The translations under genes and the position numbers were made by a program. From NCBI GenBank assembly GCA_037445065.1, contig JBBILD010000006.1, positions 1-64,000 of the forward strand: a stretch of 64,000 nucleotides of DNA, written 5' to 3'. This document shows positions 51,602 to 61,440 of this stretch, one piece after another (position 1 is the stretch's first letter; each line of letters begins with the position of its first letter). The notes beneath the pieces were generated by a model. It saw only the letters and a list, made by a program, of their open reading frames with translations, searched no databases and was not told the origin of the DNA. Source of the DNA: Myxococcales bacterium (lineage in GTDB: Bacteria > Desulfobacterota > Binatia > HRBIN30).

Positions 51602-52809
51602 GTGCCTCCTGGGTGGATTCGCGATCCGCTGAGGTTTTGCTGGCGGCCTTGCGCCGCGCCGCGGCTGGCCCCTTGACCATGGTCTTGCCCAACGGGCGGC
51701 GCGTCGAGCTTGCCGGGCGACCAGGCGCCAGGCCCGTACGCGTGGACGTGTACGATTGGAGCGTTTTCCGGCGCGTTCTCATGGAGGGCGACATCGGGGC
51801 CGGAGAGACCTACGCGGAGGGGAAATGGAGCACGGATGATTTGGTCGAGTTGTGTGCCCGTCTGCTGACCTGCGACGAACTGTGGCAAAGCCGAGCGTGG
51901 TTGCGACCGGTGGTGTGGCTCAAGAACTGGGTTCTTTGGAAACTGCAGCGCAACACTCTGTCCGGGAGCCGCCGCAACATCGCCTTCCACTACGACCTCA
52001 GTAACGAGTTTTACTCGCTCTTTCTCGACCCCACCATGACGTATAGTTGCGCGGATTTCTCGGAAGACCGTACATCGCTCGAGTCCGCGCAACGAGCAAA
52101 GCACGAGCACATTTGCCAGAAGCTGAGTTTCGCTCCGGGGATGCACGTACTGGAGATCGGCTCCGGCTGGGGCTCGTTCGCCCTGCACGCCGCGGAGCGG
52201 TACGGAGTCCGAGTGACGGGCATCACCCTGTCCCAGCGCCAGCTCGAATGGGCACGCAGGTTGGCGCAAGAGAAAGGTCTCGCGGGCCAGGTGGAGTTTC
52301 AACTTTGCGACTACCGGCAAGTGCACGGAGAATTCGACGCGGTGGTTTCGATCGAAATGTTCGAGGCGGTGGGACACGAGTACTACGCGGACTTCTTTTC
52401 CACCGTAGAGCGGAGCTTGCGCCCGGGAGGCGGCTTCTTTTTGCAAACGATTACAATTCCGGACCAGCGGTACGACCGCTACCGGCACGAGTTCGACTTC
52501 ATCAAGAAGCACATTTTTCCAGGCGGGCTGCTCGCCTCGCTGCAGCGCATTCTCACCGTAGTGAAACAGCGAACGAGCTTGCGCCTGGAGAGCATGCGCG
52601 AGATCGGCCCGTTTTACGCACGCACCTTGAAGGCTTGGCGTGAGCGTTTTCTCGACCACCGCTCGCGCGTGGAAGCACTCGGCTTTGCGAGAGATTTCCT
52701 GCGCCTTTGGGAGTTTTACCTGGCCAGTTGCGAGGCGGCGTTTGCGGTGCGGCACATTGGCGATGCGCAGCTCTTGTTCCGAAAACCGGCTGTGGCTTGC
52801 AGCCGCTGA
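51565..52809 (+). CDS. cfa: Cyclopropane-fatty-acyl-phospholipid synthase family methyltransferase
   Basis: NIAFHYDLSNEFY, MTYSCA, LEIGSGWG, SIEMFEAVG, FIKKHIFPGG, WEFYLASCEAAF. Confidence 0.93.
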   Translation: MEDTISRAEQGLSASWVDSRSAEVLLAALRRAAAGPLTMVLPNGRRVELAGRPGARPVRVDVYDWSVFRRVLMEGDIGAGETYAEGKWSTDDLVELCARLLTCDELWQSRAWLRPVVWLKNWVLWKLQRNTLSGSRRNIAFHYDLSNEFYSLFLDPTMTYSCADFSEDRTSLESAQRAKHEHICQKLSFAPGMHVLEIGSGWGSFALHAAERYGVRVTGITLSQRQLEWARRLAQEKGLAGQVEFQLCDYRQVHGEFDAVVSIEMFEAVGHEYYADFFSTVERSLRPGGGFFLQTITIPDQRYDRYRHEFDFIKKHIFPGGLLASLQRILTVVKQRTSLRLESMREIGPFYARTLKAWRERFLDHRSRVEALGFARDFLRLWEFYLASCEAAFAVRHIGDAQLLFRKPAVACSR

Positions 52810-52906
52810 CCCGGATTGCTTGCAGCGCCGCTAACTGAGCTCTTGCCAAGGATCGGGTTGGTCAGTAAGCGAGGCAAGTTGCAGACCCGAACGGAGGCAG
52901 AACCCC

Positions 52907-54736
52907 GTGACAGAACGCCAAGAGATCGATGAGAAAGTCAAAGGCCAAACGGTTTGCTCTCTCTTCCAGGAGACCGTGCGGGCCCATCCCGACCTGGAAG
53001 CCCTGAAATGGAAGACGCCGGAGGGCTGGAAGTCGCTGCGCTGGTCGGAGTACGGCGAACGGGTGCGTAGCCTGAGCCGCGCGTTCGTTGCCTTGGGGCT
53101 CCGCCCCGGAGAGTTCGTTGCCATCTTAGCATCGAACCGCCCCGAACATTACTTGGTGGACCTCGCGGTTTTACACGCAGGCGGTGTACCGGTGACCGTG
53201 TACAGCACGCTTGCCGCCCCGCAAATCGAATACATCGTGAACCATTGCGAGGCGGTGTTTTTCGTCGCGGAAAACCCGGCTGTATTGGAAAAGTTGCGCT
53301 CGGTTCGGGGGCAGCTCAGCGGTTTGCGTCGGGTGATCGTGCTGGACCAAGCAGAGGAAGTCCGCGGCGACCCCTGGGTGCTGGCCTGGAGCGACTTCGA
53401 AGAACTGGGCCGCCGGAACCCAGAAAACGATGCGGAAGTCGATCAGCGTTGGCGCGCGGTGCAGCCACAGTACCTCGCCACCCTCATTTACACCTCCGGA
53501 ACGACGGGGCCACCAAAAGGGGTGATGGTGACCCATTACAATGTGGCGTGGACCGCTGAGTCCCTGTTCCGCTTGTTCCCGATCCCGCCCGGGATGAGGC
53601 ACATATCGTATCTGCCGCTTGCCCACATCGCGGAGCGGATGGCGGGCTACTACTTGCACATCAAGGGCGCCACCACGTGTTATTTTTGCCCGAGTCCCCA
53701 GCAAATCGCCGACTATCTGCGCGAGGTGAGGCCCGAGTTTTTCTTCGCCGTGCCGCGAATCTGGGAAAAGCTGCGCAGCGGGCTCGTGGCCGCGATCGAA
53801 GCGCTCGACGAACCACAGCGCTCGATGGTGAAGCACGCCATCGAGGTGTCGTTGCGCAAGGTACGGCTCGAGCAGCAAGGCCAGCCGCTGCCTCCGGAGC
53901 TTGCCGCCGAAGCAGAGCAGGCCGCCATGATTACCGCCATGATTCGCCAGCGCATCGGCTTGGATGCCATCCGCGTTGCGTCGAGCGGTGCAGCTCCCAT
54001 TGCCCCGGAGCTGATCGAATGGTTTTACGCGATCGGGGTGTTGATTGCCGAGGTGTACGGGCAGTCGGAAGACACCGGCCCGACTTCTTGGAACCGGATC
54101 GATCGGATTCGCATTGGCACCGTGGGGCAGCCGATCCCAGGAGTGGAAGTGCGGCTCGCGGAAGATGGAGAACTGCTGGTGCGCGGCGGAAACGTGACCG
54201 CGGGCTATTACAAAGAGCCGGAACTCACGCGCGAGACCTTCGACGAAGACGGCTGGCTACACTCTGGGGACGTGGCCACCATTGACGCTGACGGATACAT
54301 CCGCATCGTGGATCGCAAGAAGGAGATCATCATTACCGCGGGTGGCAAGAACATCGCCCCCTCCAACATCGAGAACATGCTCAAGCAAAAGCCGCTGGTG
54401 GGCCAAGCGTGCGTGATCGGAGACCGGCGCCCGTTCGTGTCTGCACTGATCGTTCTCGACCCCGAAGCCGCCTTGGCCTGGGCGCAGCAAAACGACCTTC
54501 CTGCGGACCTCGCCGCCCTGGCACAGCACCCGAAGGTGCTGAGCGTGGTGCAGGGGTACATTGACGAGGTCAACCAGTCGTTGAGCCAGGTCGAGCGCAT
54601 CAAGAAGTTTGCGATCGTTCCGCACGAGTGGACCTTGGAGTCCGGTGAGCTCACGCCCACGATGAAAATGAAGCGGCGCGTCGTGCACGAGAAATACGCA
54701 GACATCATCGAGCGGATGTACGCCGCGAGCTCCTGA
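52907..54736 (+). CDS. Long-chain fatty acid--CoA ligase (FadD15-like)
   Basis: IYTSGTTGPPKG, YLPLAHIAER, YGQSE, WLHSGD, DRKKE, LTPTMK. Confidence 0.93.
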   Translation: MTERQEIDEKVKGQTVCSLFQETVRAHPDLEALKWKTPEGWKSLRWSEYGERVRSLSRAFVALGLRPGEFVAILASNRPEHYLVDLAVLHAGGVPVTVYSTLAAPQIEYIVNHCEAVFFVAENPAVLEKLRSVRGQLSGLRRVIVLDQAEEVRGDPWVLAWSDFEELGRRNPENDAEVDQRWRAVQPQYLATLIYTSGTTGPPKGVMVTHYNVAWTAESLFRLFPIPPGMRHISYLPLAHIAERMAGYYLHIKGATTCYFCPSPQQIADYLREVRPEFFFAVPRIWEKLRSGLVAAIEALDEPQRSMVKHAIEVSLRKVRLEQQGQPLPPELAAEAEQAAMITAMIRQRIGLDAIRVASSGAAPIAPELIEWFYAIGVLIAEVYGQSEDTGPTSWNRIDRIRIGTVGQPIPGVEVRLAEDGELLVRGGNVTAGYYKEPELTRETFDEDGWLHSGDVATIDADGYIRIVDRKKEIIITAGGKNIAPSNIENMLKQKPLVGQACVIGDRRPFVSALIVLDPEAALAWAQQNDLPADLAALAQHPKVLSVVQGYIDEVNQSLSQVERIKKFAIVPHEWTLESGELTPTMKMKRRVVHEKYADIIERMYAASS

Positions 54737-54742
54737 TTGCCG

Positions 54743-55210
54743 ATGCCAAGGCGTTTTCCTTCCCTCGTGCACCCGCAAGCCTTGCGGGTCGCCGTTCTCC
54801 TCGGCTTGCTGCTGCTCGCGAGTGCGTGTACCCGCCGCTCGCTCGCGCGCGACGCCGAGGTGCATTTGAACGAGGTGACGCGCACATCGGTGGAGCTGTT
54901 CCGCGAGTTCTCGGAAATGGGGAAACCGAGCGACGCTGCCTTGGCTGCGCACCGCCAGGCCATCGAGCGGGCGGAAGTTTTTTTGGGAAGGCACCGTGGC
55001 GAGGCAGGGCGGCCCGAGTACTCAGCCCTGCAAGAATGGATCGGCGCTCATGAGGAATTCGTCCGGCGTTGCAGTGAAGCGTCGTTGGACAGGGAATCGG
55101 GGGGCAGGCAAGCCGGCGATCTGGTCGAGGATCTCAACCGCTTGTTGCGCCAGGGCGCGGAGGTCCGCGCAATGCTCAAGCGCGGAGCGGGTGGCAACGC
55201 TGGCTCTTGA
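54743..55210 (+). CDS. Hypothetical lipoprotein
   Basis: Hydrophobic stretch plus LASAC lipobox; helical body. Confidence 0.6.
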   Translation: MPRRFPSLVHPQALRVAVLLGLLLLASACTRRSLARDAEVHLNEVTRTSVELFREFSEMGKPSDAALAAHRQAIERAEVFLGRHRGEAGRPEYSALQEWIGAHEEFVRRCSEASLDRESGGRQAGDLVEDLNRLLRQGAEVRAMLKRGAGGNAGS

Positions 55211-55211
55211 G

Positions 55212-55766
55212 ATGCGAGCCAAGGCGAACCTGCTCAGCCTATCCAGGCTGGTGCTGGCGCCGCTTCTTGCGTGGTGCGTGCTGGCGGGAGGAGGCTGGGG
55301 TTGGATCGCGGCGGCCGTGTTTGCTTGGGCGGCGTGGAGCGACGTGTACGACGGGCGCTTGGCCCGCCGTGATGCGAGGCCGTCCTCCTCGGGCCGGTGG
55401 TTGGATCACGGCAGTGACATTGGCTTCTTGTTGATCTCGATGGCCGCCTTTTGCTGGGTGGGGGTGCTGCCCTGTTGGGTGCCAGTCTCCATTGCCTGCG
55501 CTTTTGCTGCCTACGTGGTCGAAGAGTCGCAGGGCCGGCGCTTTTCGTCCGCGCTCGCGAGCCGCGTGGGGCACTGGGGCGGAGTGGCCAACTTCGTCCT
55601 GCTCGGCGTACTCATCGGCCAGTTTTCGTTGGACCTCCGCGCCCTGCCCCCCTGGCTGCTCCAGGCTCTGTTCGCTGCTGTGCCCGCGTACTCGCTCGCC
55701 CCTGTGGCGCTGCGCTTGCGCGGGAGCAGGCGGGCGCACTTCAAAGCGCTGCCGACCCGGTCTTGA
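55212..55766 (+). CDS. CDP-alcohol phosphatidyltransferase family protein
   Basis: ANLLSLSR and DVYDGRLARR...GRWLDHGSD signature. Confidence 0.9.
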   Translation: MRAKANLLSLSRLVLAPLLAWCVLAGGGWGWIAAAVFAWAAWSDVYDGRLARRDARPSSSGRWLDHGSDIGFLLISMAAFCWVGVLPCWVPVSIACAFAAYVVEESQGRRFSSALASRVGHWGGVANFVLLGVLIGQFSLDLRALPPWLLQALFAAVPAYSLAPVALRLRGSRRAHFKALPTRS

Positions 55767-55807
55767 GCTACAGCACGGCCGTTTCCACCACACCGCAACC
55801 TGGATTC

Positions 55808-56320
55808 TTAGGCGCGGCCTTTGCGACCACCCTTGGCACATGGCGAACGGCGAGCGGTCAACGGCGAACAGCGAACGGTCCGTTCGAACAGGGCCTGGGG
55901 TGTCGCACAGCACCACCGGCAAGACCTGTAAGGGCGACCCTTGTGGCCGCCCGTGGCGCTGGGCGGGCAGCGTTTCGTGGACACCGTTGCGTGGAGGTTG
56001 CGTGGACACCCACGTTGCCGGCGTGACCGGGTCCCCGCGCGCGGTACCTCTAAGCGCCGGTCGGCCTACCATTCCGCTGCTACGAAATAGGCACATTTCG
56101 GCCCAGCGCATGAGCGGCCCTGGTGACCGCCGGTGGTATGGGGCACGCCGGTCCGACCGGACCCCGAGCAGGCACAAGGCTTACCCCTACATTCTCCTCT
56201 TCAACGTGGCCTGGCTCCGTGCCCACCCACCGCAAACGGACACTGCGCAGCGTTCTGTTGTCGCCACCACGGCCAGCTCGTCGCCTTTAGGATTTGCAGG
56301 GGCGGCCCTTGTGACCGTGC
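55808..56320. repeat. Second cluster of GTAG-type REP-like palindromes
   Basis: TTAGGCGCGGCCTTTGCGACCACCC (55808); GTAAGGGCGACCCTTGTGGCCGCCC (55928-55952); reverse copy GCAGGCACAAGGCTTACCCCTAC (56168-56190); GCAGGGGCGGCCCTTGTGACCG (56296). Confidence 0.65.
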
Positions 56321-56399
56321 GCGACGGGATCAGTCAGGGGTGGCCGTGAAGGGGACGCGCCTTCTGCCGGCTCTGCGATCCTGCCGCGTCGAGAGAGCA

Positions 56400-57425
56400 T
56401 TACGGAGAGCTGGTTGTGGCGGGGTGGGTCTCGCTTCCTCCTTGCTCCAGCGCCACGCGCCGGAGTTCGGTAAGGGAGACGCCGAGAAGCAGTGTCCCCA
56501 CCACCCCTTGTACGACGATGGTGAGCACTTGCAAGGCGTTGAGGAGGAGCCCAAAGGCGAGCGCGTCTGCCTCTGACACACCGAACAAGCCGAGGGCCAG
56601 AATGCACGCGTACTGGAAGGTGCCGATCATGCCGGGAGCATTCGGCAAGGCAGTGCCAAAGCCGATAAAAATGAACACCACCAGGGCAGCGGTCGGCGGT
56701 ACGGGGAAGCCGAAGCCGGAAATTACGATCCAGCTCGACACGATCGGCAGCGACCACAAGGCGACAGAGGCTGCGAATACCCGCAGCAACAACCGGCCGT
56801 CGGGAAGCACTTGCATGCCTTCCAGTACCGCACGCAGCAAGCGCAGGGTCATTTGGCCGACTCGTTGCGGCAGGAGCGGTTGCAAATGGCGGCGAAAGAA
56901 TGCTTCACCGCGCAGGTAGGTGGCGGCTACGATCCCAGCAAATGCGAACGTAAACACCGCGGGCACCACGGCTCCTTGCCGCACCCAAGCGGGGAGCTCG
57001 GCGGTGAGCAGAAGCCCGGCGAAGATGAAGACGAGAATCGAAAAAGAATCCATGAGTTTTTCCACCACCAGCGTGCCCACCGCTTGGCTCATGCGAATTT
57101 CGGTGACCTGGGAGAGCAACCACGGTCGCACTACCTCCCCGAGGCGGGCCGGCAGCAAGTTGATGGCGGAGTACGCCACCGAGGTGACCGCCCACAGCCG
57201 GCCGAGAGGGAGCTTGCGCAGGGGTAGAAGTTCGAGCTGCCAACGCCAAGCGCGCAACACCATGAGCGCGAGGCTCACCAGGACCGCTGGGAAGAGCCAG
57301 GGCCAGTGGAAACGGGAAAGCGCCTCGGCCAGCTCGGTGAGCGGGACATTGCGGAAAGCCAGGAACAAGAACACTGCAGCCACCGCGAAGCTGACCCCGA
57401 TCTGCAAGAGCGTGCGCTGGTTCAT
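56400..57425 (-). CDS. Lysylphosphatidylglycerol synthase TM / flippase-like membrane protein
   Basis: LRAWRW, INLLPARLGEVVR, VVEKLMD, PNAPGMIGTFQ. Confidence 0.88.
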   Translation of the reverse strand: MNQRTLLQIGVSFAVAAVFLFLAFRNVPLTELAEALSRFHWPWLFPAVLVSLALMVLRAWRWQLELLPLRKLPLGRLWAVTSVAYSAINLLPARLGEVVRPWLLSQVTEIRMSQAVGTLVVEKLMDSFSILVFIFAGLLLTAELPAWVRQGAVVPAVFTFAFAGIVAATYLRGEAFFRRHLQPLLPQRVGQMTLRLLRAVLEGMQVLPDGRLLLRVFAASVALWSLPIVSSWIVISGFGFPVPPTAALVVFIFIGFGTALPNAPGMIGTFQYACILALGLFGVSEADALAFGLLLNALQVLTIVVQGVVGTLLLGVSLTELRRVALEQGGSETHPATTSSP

Positions 57426-57517
57426 GTGCTCCTCTCTACCACGTCGGCAGCTAGAAACCACGCGAACACGCAACGTACCGGGCGCGCAGCGCGAGATGCG
57501 AACCGGAGGAGCGGTAG

Positions 57518-58318
57518 GTGGGGCAACGAGCTGAGGGCACCACCTCTTCTCTCGAGCCGGCAGCCCATTGGGCGCGGCCGCGCTACTACGCGTTGGCATT
57601 GGCGGTCGTGCTGCACGCGGGCTTTTTGGCCTGGGCGGCCCGAGTGCCTCTACCTACCCAAGCTTCGCCGCTTCCCACGCGTGTGCAGGTGGTGTTCCTC
57701 GGTGCTGCTGCGGCGGCCGGCGGGGGCGCCTCCTTGCCGCCAGTGAACGCGGATGCGCCACTTGCCCCGGCCCCACCGAGCGAGCCGCGGATACATCCTG
57801 AACCACCCCGGCGCGCGCCGCGGGAGAAAAAGCAACGTTCCCGCACCGCATCGCGAGCGGCGCGCCCGGCGCAGTTGGCCGCAGAGCCGCCGCCGGTTGC
57901 CGGAGAGGGGCGAGAAGAAGCAGCCTCGCAGCCGGGGGCGGCGGCGGTCGAGCGTGGAAGCGGACCCTCTGCCGGGCAAGGAGCGGCTGCGGGGCCGAGC
58001 GGCGGAGGTCGTGCAGGAACGGGACTCGGCACGGGCGGGGCAGGGCTCGGGAACGCACGTGCGTACTGCGCGTTTTGCCCGCCGCCACGCTACCCGATGC
58101 TGGCCCGGCAGCGGAATTGGAGTGGCGTGGTGGTCGTGACGCTGAGCTTGGACAGCGACGGGCGGGTACACGAGGCTTCCGTGGAACGTTCCTCTGGCTA
58201 CGAGCTCCTCGATCGCGAGGCGATCGAGGCGGCCCGCGCGAGCCGCTTCCGCTTGCCGCCCGGCCTGGCGCCCCCGATCCGCGGTCGGATTCAGTATCGC
58301 TTCGAACTCACGGAGTGA
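57518..58318 (+). CDS. tonB: Energy transducer TonB family protein
   Basis: TM segment with VVLH; Pro-rich linker; PPPRYP..AR...GVVVV; SSGYELLDREA. Confidence 0.85.
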   Translation: MGQRAEGTTSSLEPAAHWARPRYYALALAVVLHAGFLAWAARVPLPTQASPLPTRVQVVFLGAAAAAGGGASLPPVNADAPLAPAPPSEPRIHPEPPRRAPREKKQRSRTASRAARPAQLAAEPPPVAGEGREEAASQPGAAAVERGSGPSAGQGAAAGPSGGGRAGTGLGTGGAGLGNARAYCAFCPPPRYPMLARQRNWSGVVVVTLSLDSDGRVHEASVERSSGYELLDREAIEAARASRFRLPPGLAPPIRGRIQYRFELTE

Positions 58319-58381
58319 GGCCGAGCAGCCCGTCGCGCGCGGTCCGGTTTGTTCCCGAGTGGCGTGCGTCGGCGTACGGCC

Positions 58382-60703
58382 TTACAGCGGGCCGCCGAAA
58401 GAGAACATGACAGTTTGCCGGTCGTCTCCGACGCGCGGATTCAGCGGCACGCCGATCTCGAGGCGAAGCGGGCCAATCGGCGAGAGCCAGCGAACGCCAC
58501 CGCCTGCTGCCAGACGCAGGTCGCCGAGGTCCATCCCGCGCGAAGCGAGAAAGGCGTTGCCGGCATCGAAAAAGATCACACCCTTGAGGCCAATGGCTTG
58601 CACGATGGGAAAGATCAGGTCGTTGTTGAAAATCAGTTGCTGGCTACCGCCAATCGAGGTGCGCCCGAGGTTCCTGCCGAATTGGTCGAGCAACGGTACC
58701 CGCTGGCCGAGAGACAGGATTCGGAAGCCGCGCACGGAGTTGATCCCGCCGGGGAAGTAGCGCTCGAACAACGGCAGTTCGGTTCGCCCGCCGAAGCCTT
58801 GACCGTAGCCCAGTTGCGCGCCGAGCGAGTACACGAAGGTTCCCCAGTTCTCGCTGCGGTAGAAGGGGTAATAGAACCGCGTGCGAGCCTCGAGGCGGAA
58901 GAAACGAGTCTTCCCGCCGAGACCTGCGAACTCGAACGAGAGGTCTTGCAACGATCCAGCCGTTGGATCGAACGGGTGGTTGCGGGTGTCGCGAAACAGG
59001 CGCGGGGTCAGGCTGCTGGTGAGACTCGAGCCTTCTTCACCGGCGATTTGCGAGGGCGCGAAGGCGGACACGTCGGTAATTTCCGCGTTTTCCAAGCGGT
59101 ACTCGAGCCCGAGGCGCGTGTCCTCGAGCGAGTAGCCCCACAGTTGGTCCCAGCCCAGTGCGGGGAGGGGATAGAGCAGGCGCACCGCGGCGCCAGTACC
59201 GCCACGCGTGAACTGGTCGAAGATGAGCTGCCAGTTGAACAAGTTGACGCCCAAGGTGAGTTCGGTGTCGAGCAGGTACGGTTCGGTCAGGTCGAAGCTG
59301 AAATTGCGACGGATCGAGCCGAAGTCGGCATTGAGCACCAGGCGCTGGCCACGGCCGAGGAAGTTGACTTCGGACAAGCGCACGTTGAACAAAAACGTCT
59401 CGCCGCTGGAAATCCCTGCACCTGCGGAGAACGCACCGGTGGCCGCTTCTTTCACGTCCACTAACAAATCGAGGCGATCCGCCTCGGCGGCCTTGCGCGT
59501 GGTGATGTTCACATCTTCGAAAAAGCCCAGGCGCCGCAGCCGCTCCTGGCTCTTGCGCAGCTTGGTGCCCGAGAACTTTTCCTGCTCGTTGAGCCGCAGC
59601 TCGCGCCGGATCACCTTGTCGCGTGTCTTGGTGTTGCCGGTGATCAGGATCTTGTCGATGAACACCTCCGGCCCTTTGCTCACCCGGTAGGTCACGTCCA
59701 CGCGGCGCGTACCCGAGTCCACCACCGTGTCCGGAGTCACGTTCACAAATGCGTACCCAGCATCGCCGTAAATGTCGGTCAGGGTATTGATGTCTTCGCG
59801 TAGCTTGCTGGTGCGAAATCGCTGCCCCGGTTTGAGTTGGAGTCGCTGCCGCGACTCGCTCATGTCGGGCAGCAACTCGCCGGTGATCTCGACCTGGCCG
59901 ACATCGTAGGGGGGGCCTTCGTCAATGCGGATCGTGACGTAGAGCCCATCTTTCTTGCGTTCCACGACGGGCTCGTCGATTTTGACGTCAATGTACCCGT
60001 TGTCGTAGTAGAAGGCGATCAAACGCTCGACGTCGGTTTTCAGCACCTCGTTGTCTAGGTTGCCGGCGCCGGTGATGAAGGAGAGAAACCACTTCTCCCG
60101 GGTTTGCATTTGTTTACGCAATTGGCGGGCGGAAAAGGCGCGCGCCCCTTCAAAACGGATCTTGGCGATGCGCACCACTTTTCCTTCCTCGACCAAAAAG
60201 CGCAGCTTGACCTGATTTTCGGGCAGCGCCTCGGTTTTGTAGTCAATGCGTGCGTCGAGGTAGCCCTTTTTTTCATAGAGTTTCTTGGCTTCCTCGATTT
60301 GCCGCTGAACCTTTCCCGGGTCGAGAATCGTGTTCGGGCGGATTTTGAGCGCTGCCTCCAAATCTTCGCGGCTGACTTTTTTGCTCCCTTCGATCTCCAC
60401 GCTCTTGATGAGAGGGCGCTCGCGCACTTTGTAGGTCAGCACCCAGAGCCCATTGCGTTGCTCCCAGTACGCCTCGACTCGATCGAAAAACCCGGTGCGG
60501 TAAAGGGTGCGGATGTCCTCGTCCACGGTCGCTTCTTCGAACAGCGCCCCGGCGCGGGCCCGCAGTTGGACGCGGATCGCCTGCTCTTCGACCCGCTGGT
60601 TGCCAGTGATCTCGACGAGGTCAATGCGCGGCGGTTGGGCTAAGCTCGGCGCGGTGAGGACCAGCAGGAGCGCAAGCCCCGACACCACCCGTCGCAATCG
60701 CAT
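58382..60703 (-). CDS. bamA: Outer membrane protein assembly factor BamA
   Basis: POTRA repeats (GNQRVE, GNTKTRDKVIRRE), VRGF, RWLSPIGPLR. Confidence 0.96.
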   Translation of the reverse strand: MRLRRVVSGLALLLVLTAPSLAQPPRIDLVEITGNQRVEEQAIRVQLRARAGALFEEATVDEDIRTLYRTGFFDRVEAYWEQRNGLWVLTYKVRERPLIKSVEIEGSKKVSREDLEAALKIRPNTILDPGKVQRQIEEAKKLYEKKGYLDARIDYKTEALPENQVKLRFLVEEGKVVRIAKIRFEGARAFSARQLRKQMQTREKWFLSFITGAGNLDNEVLKTDVERLIAFYYDNGYIDVKIDEPVVERKKDGLYVTIRIDEGPPYDVGQVEITGELLPDMSESRQRLQLKPGQRFRTSKLREDINTLTDIYGDAGYAFVNVTPDTVVDSGTRRVDVTYRVSKGPEVFIDKILITGNTKTRDKVIRRELRLNEQEKFSGTKLRKSQERLRRLGFFEDVNITTRKAAEADRLDLLVDVKEAATGAFSAGAGISSGETFLFNVRLSEVNFLGRGQRLVLNADFGSIRRNFSFDLTEPYLLDTELTLGVNLFNWQLIFDQFTRGGTGAAVRLLYPLPALGWDQLWGYSLEDTRLGLEYRLENAEITDVSAFAPSQIAGEEGSSLTSSLTPRLFRDTRNHPFDPTAGSLQDLSFEFAGLGGKTRFFRLEARTRFYYPFYRSENWGTFVYSLGAQLGYGQGFGGRTELPLFERYFPGGINSVRGFRILSLGQRVPLLDQFGRNLGRTSIGGSQQLIFNNDLIFPIVQAIGLKGVIFFDAGNAFLASRGMDLGDLRLAAGGGVRWLSPIGPLRLEIGVPLNPRVGDDRQTVMFSFGGPL

Positions 60704-60768
60704 CTCCTCCCTCGCTCCGCGTCGGCGGCCACGCATAGCCGAGGGCACCCTCTGAGTAAACCGCGCCG

Positions 60769-61440
60769 TCACGCCAACCGGCCATGAATCAAATGCAAAG
60801 AGCGGTGCGCCAAGCGAGCCAGTTCTTCGTTGTGGGTGACGAGCACGAAGGTCACGCCGTGCTCGCGGTTGAGTTCGAGCAACAGTTCGTGCACGCCGGC
60901 AGCGGTGTCCGGATCGAGGTTGCCCGTGGGCTCGTCGGCGAGCACCGCACGCGGCGACATCACCACTGCCCGCGCGATTGCCACCCGCTGCAACTCCCCC
61001 CCGGAGAGCTGCCCGGGGCGGTGGTCGAGGCGGTCGCCGAGCCCGACTCGCTCCAGCAGTGCGCGGGCGCGCGCGTAGGCCTCTTGCCAGCGCATGCCGT
61101 TGATGAGCGCTGGCATCATCACGTTTTCCACCGCGCTAAAGTCCGGCAGCAGGTGATGGAACTGAAAGACAAAGCCGATTTCGCGGTTGCGAAACGCCGC
61201 TTGCGCGCGCTCGTCGAGCGCAAACACGTCCTGCCCGGCAAAGTACACGTGTCCCGAAGTCGGGCGGTCGAGCGTGCCAAGGATGTGTAACAGCGTGCTC
61301 TTGCCGACCCCCGATTGGCCGACGATCGCGACCACCTCTCCTCCGCGTACCTCGAGTTCGAGTTGGTGGAGCACCACGATCGGCCGCCCGTCGCCGTACA
61401 CCTTGCACAGCCCGTGTGCACGAATCAGCGGTTCACTCAC
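60769..61440 (-). CDS. lolD: Lipoprotein-releasing ABC transporter ATPase
   Basis: [38 protein letters not shown]. Confidence 0.93.
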   Translation of the reverse strand: MSEPLIRAHGLCKVYGDGRPIVVLHQLELEVRGGEVVAIVGQSGVGKSTLLHILGTLDRPTSGHVYFAGQDVFALDERAQAAFRNREIGFVFQFHHLLPDFSAVENVMMPALINGMRWQEAYARARALLERVGLGDRLDHRPGQLSGGELQRVAIARAVVMSPRAVLADEPTGNLDPDTAAGVHELLLELNREHGVTFVLVTHNEELARLAHRSLHLIHGRLA

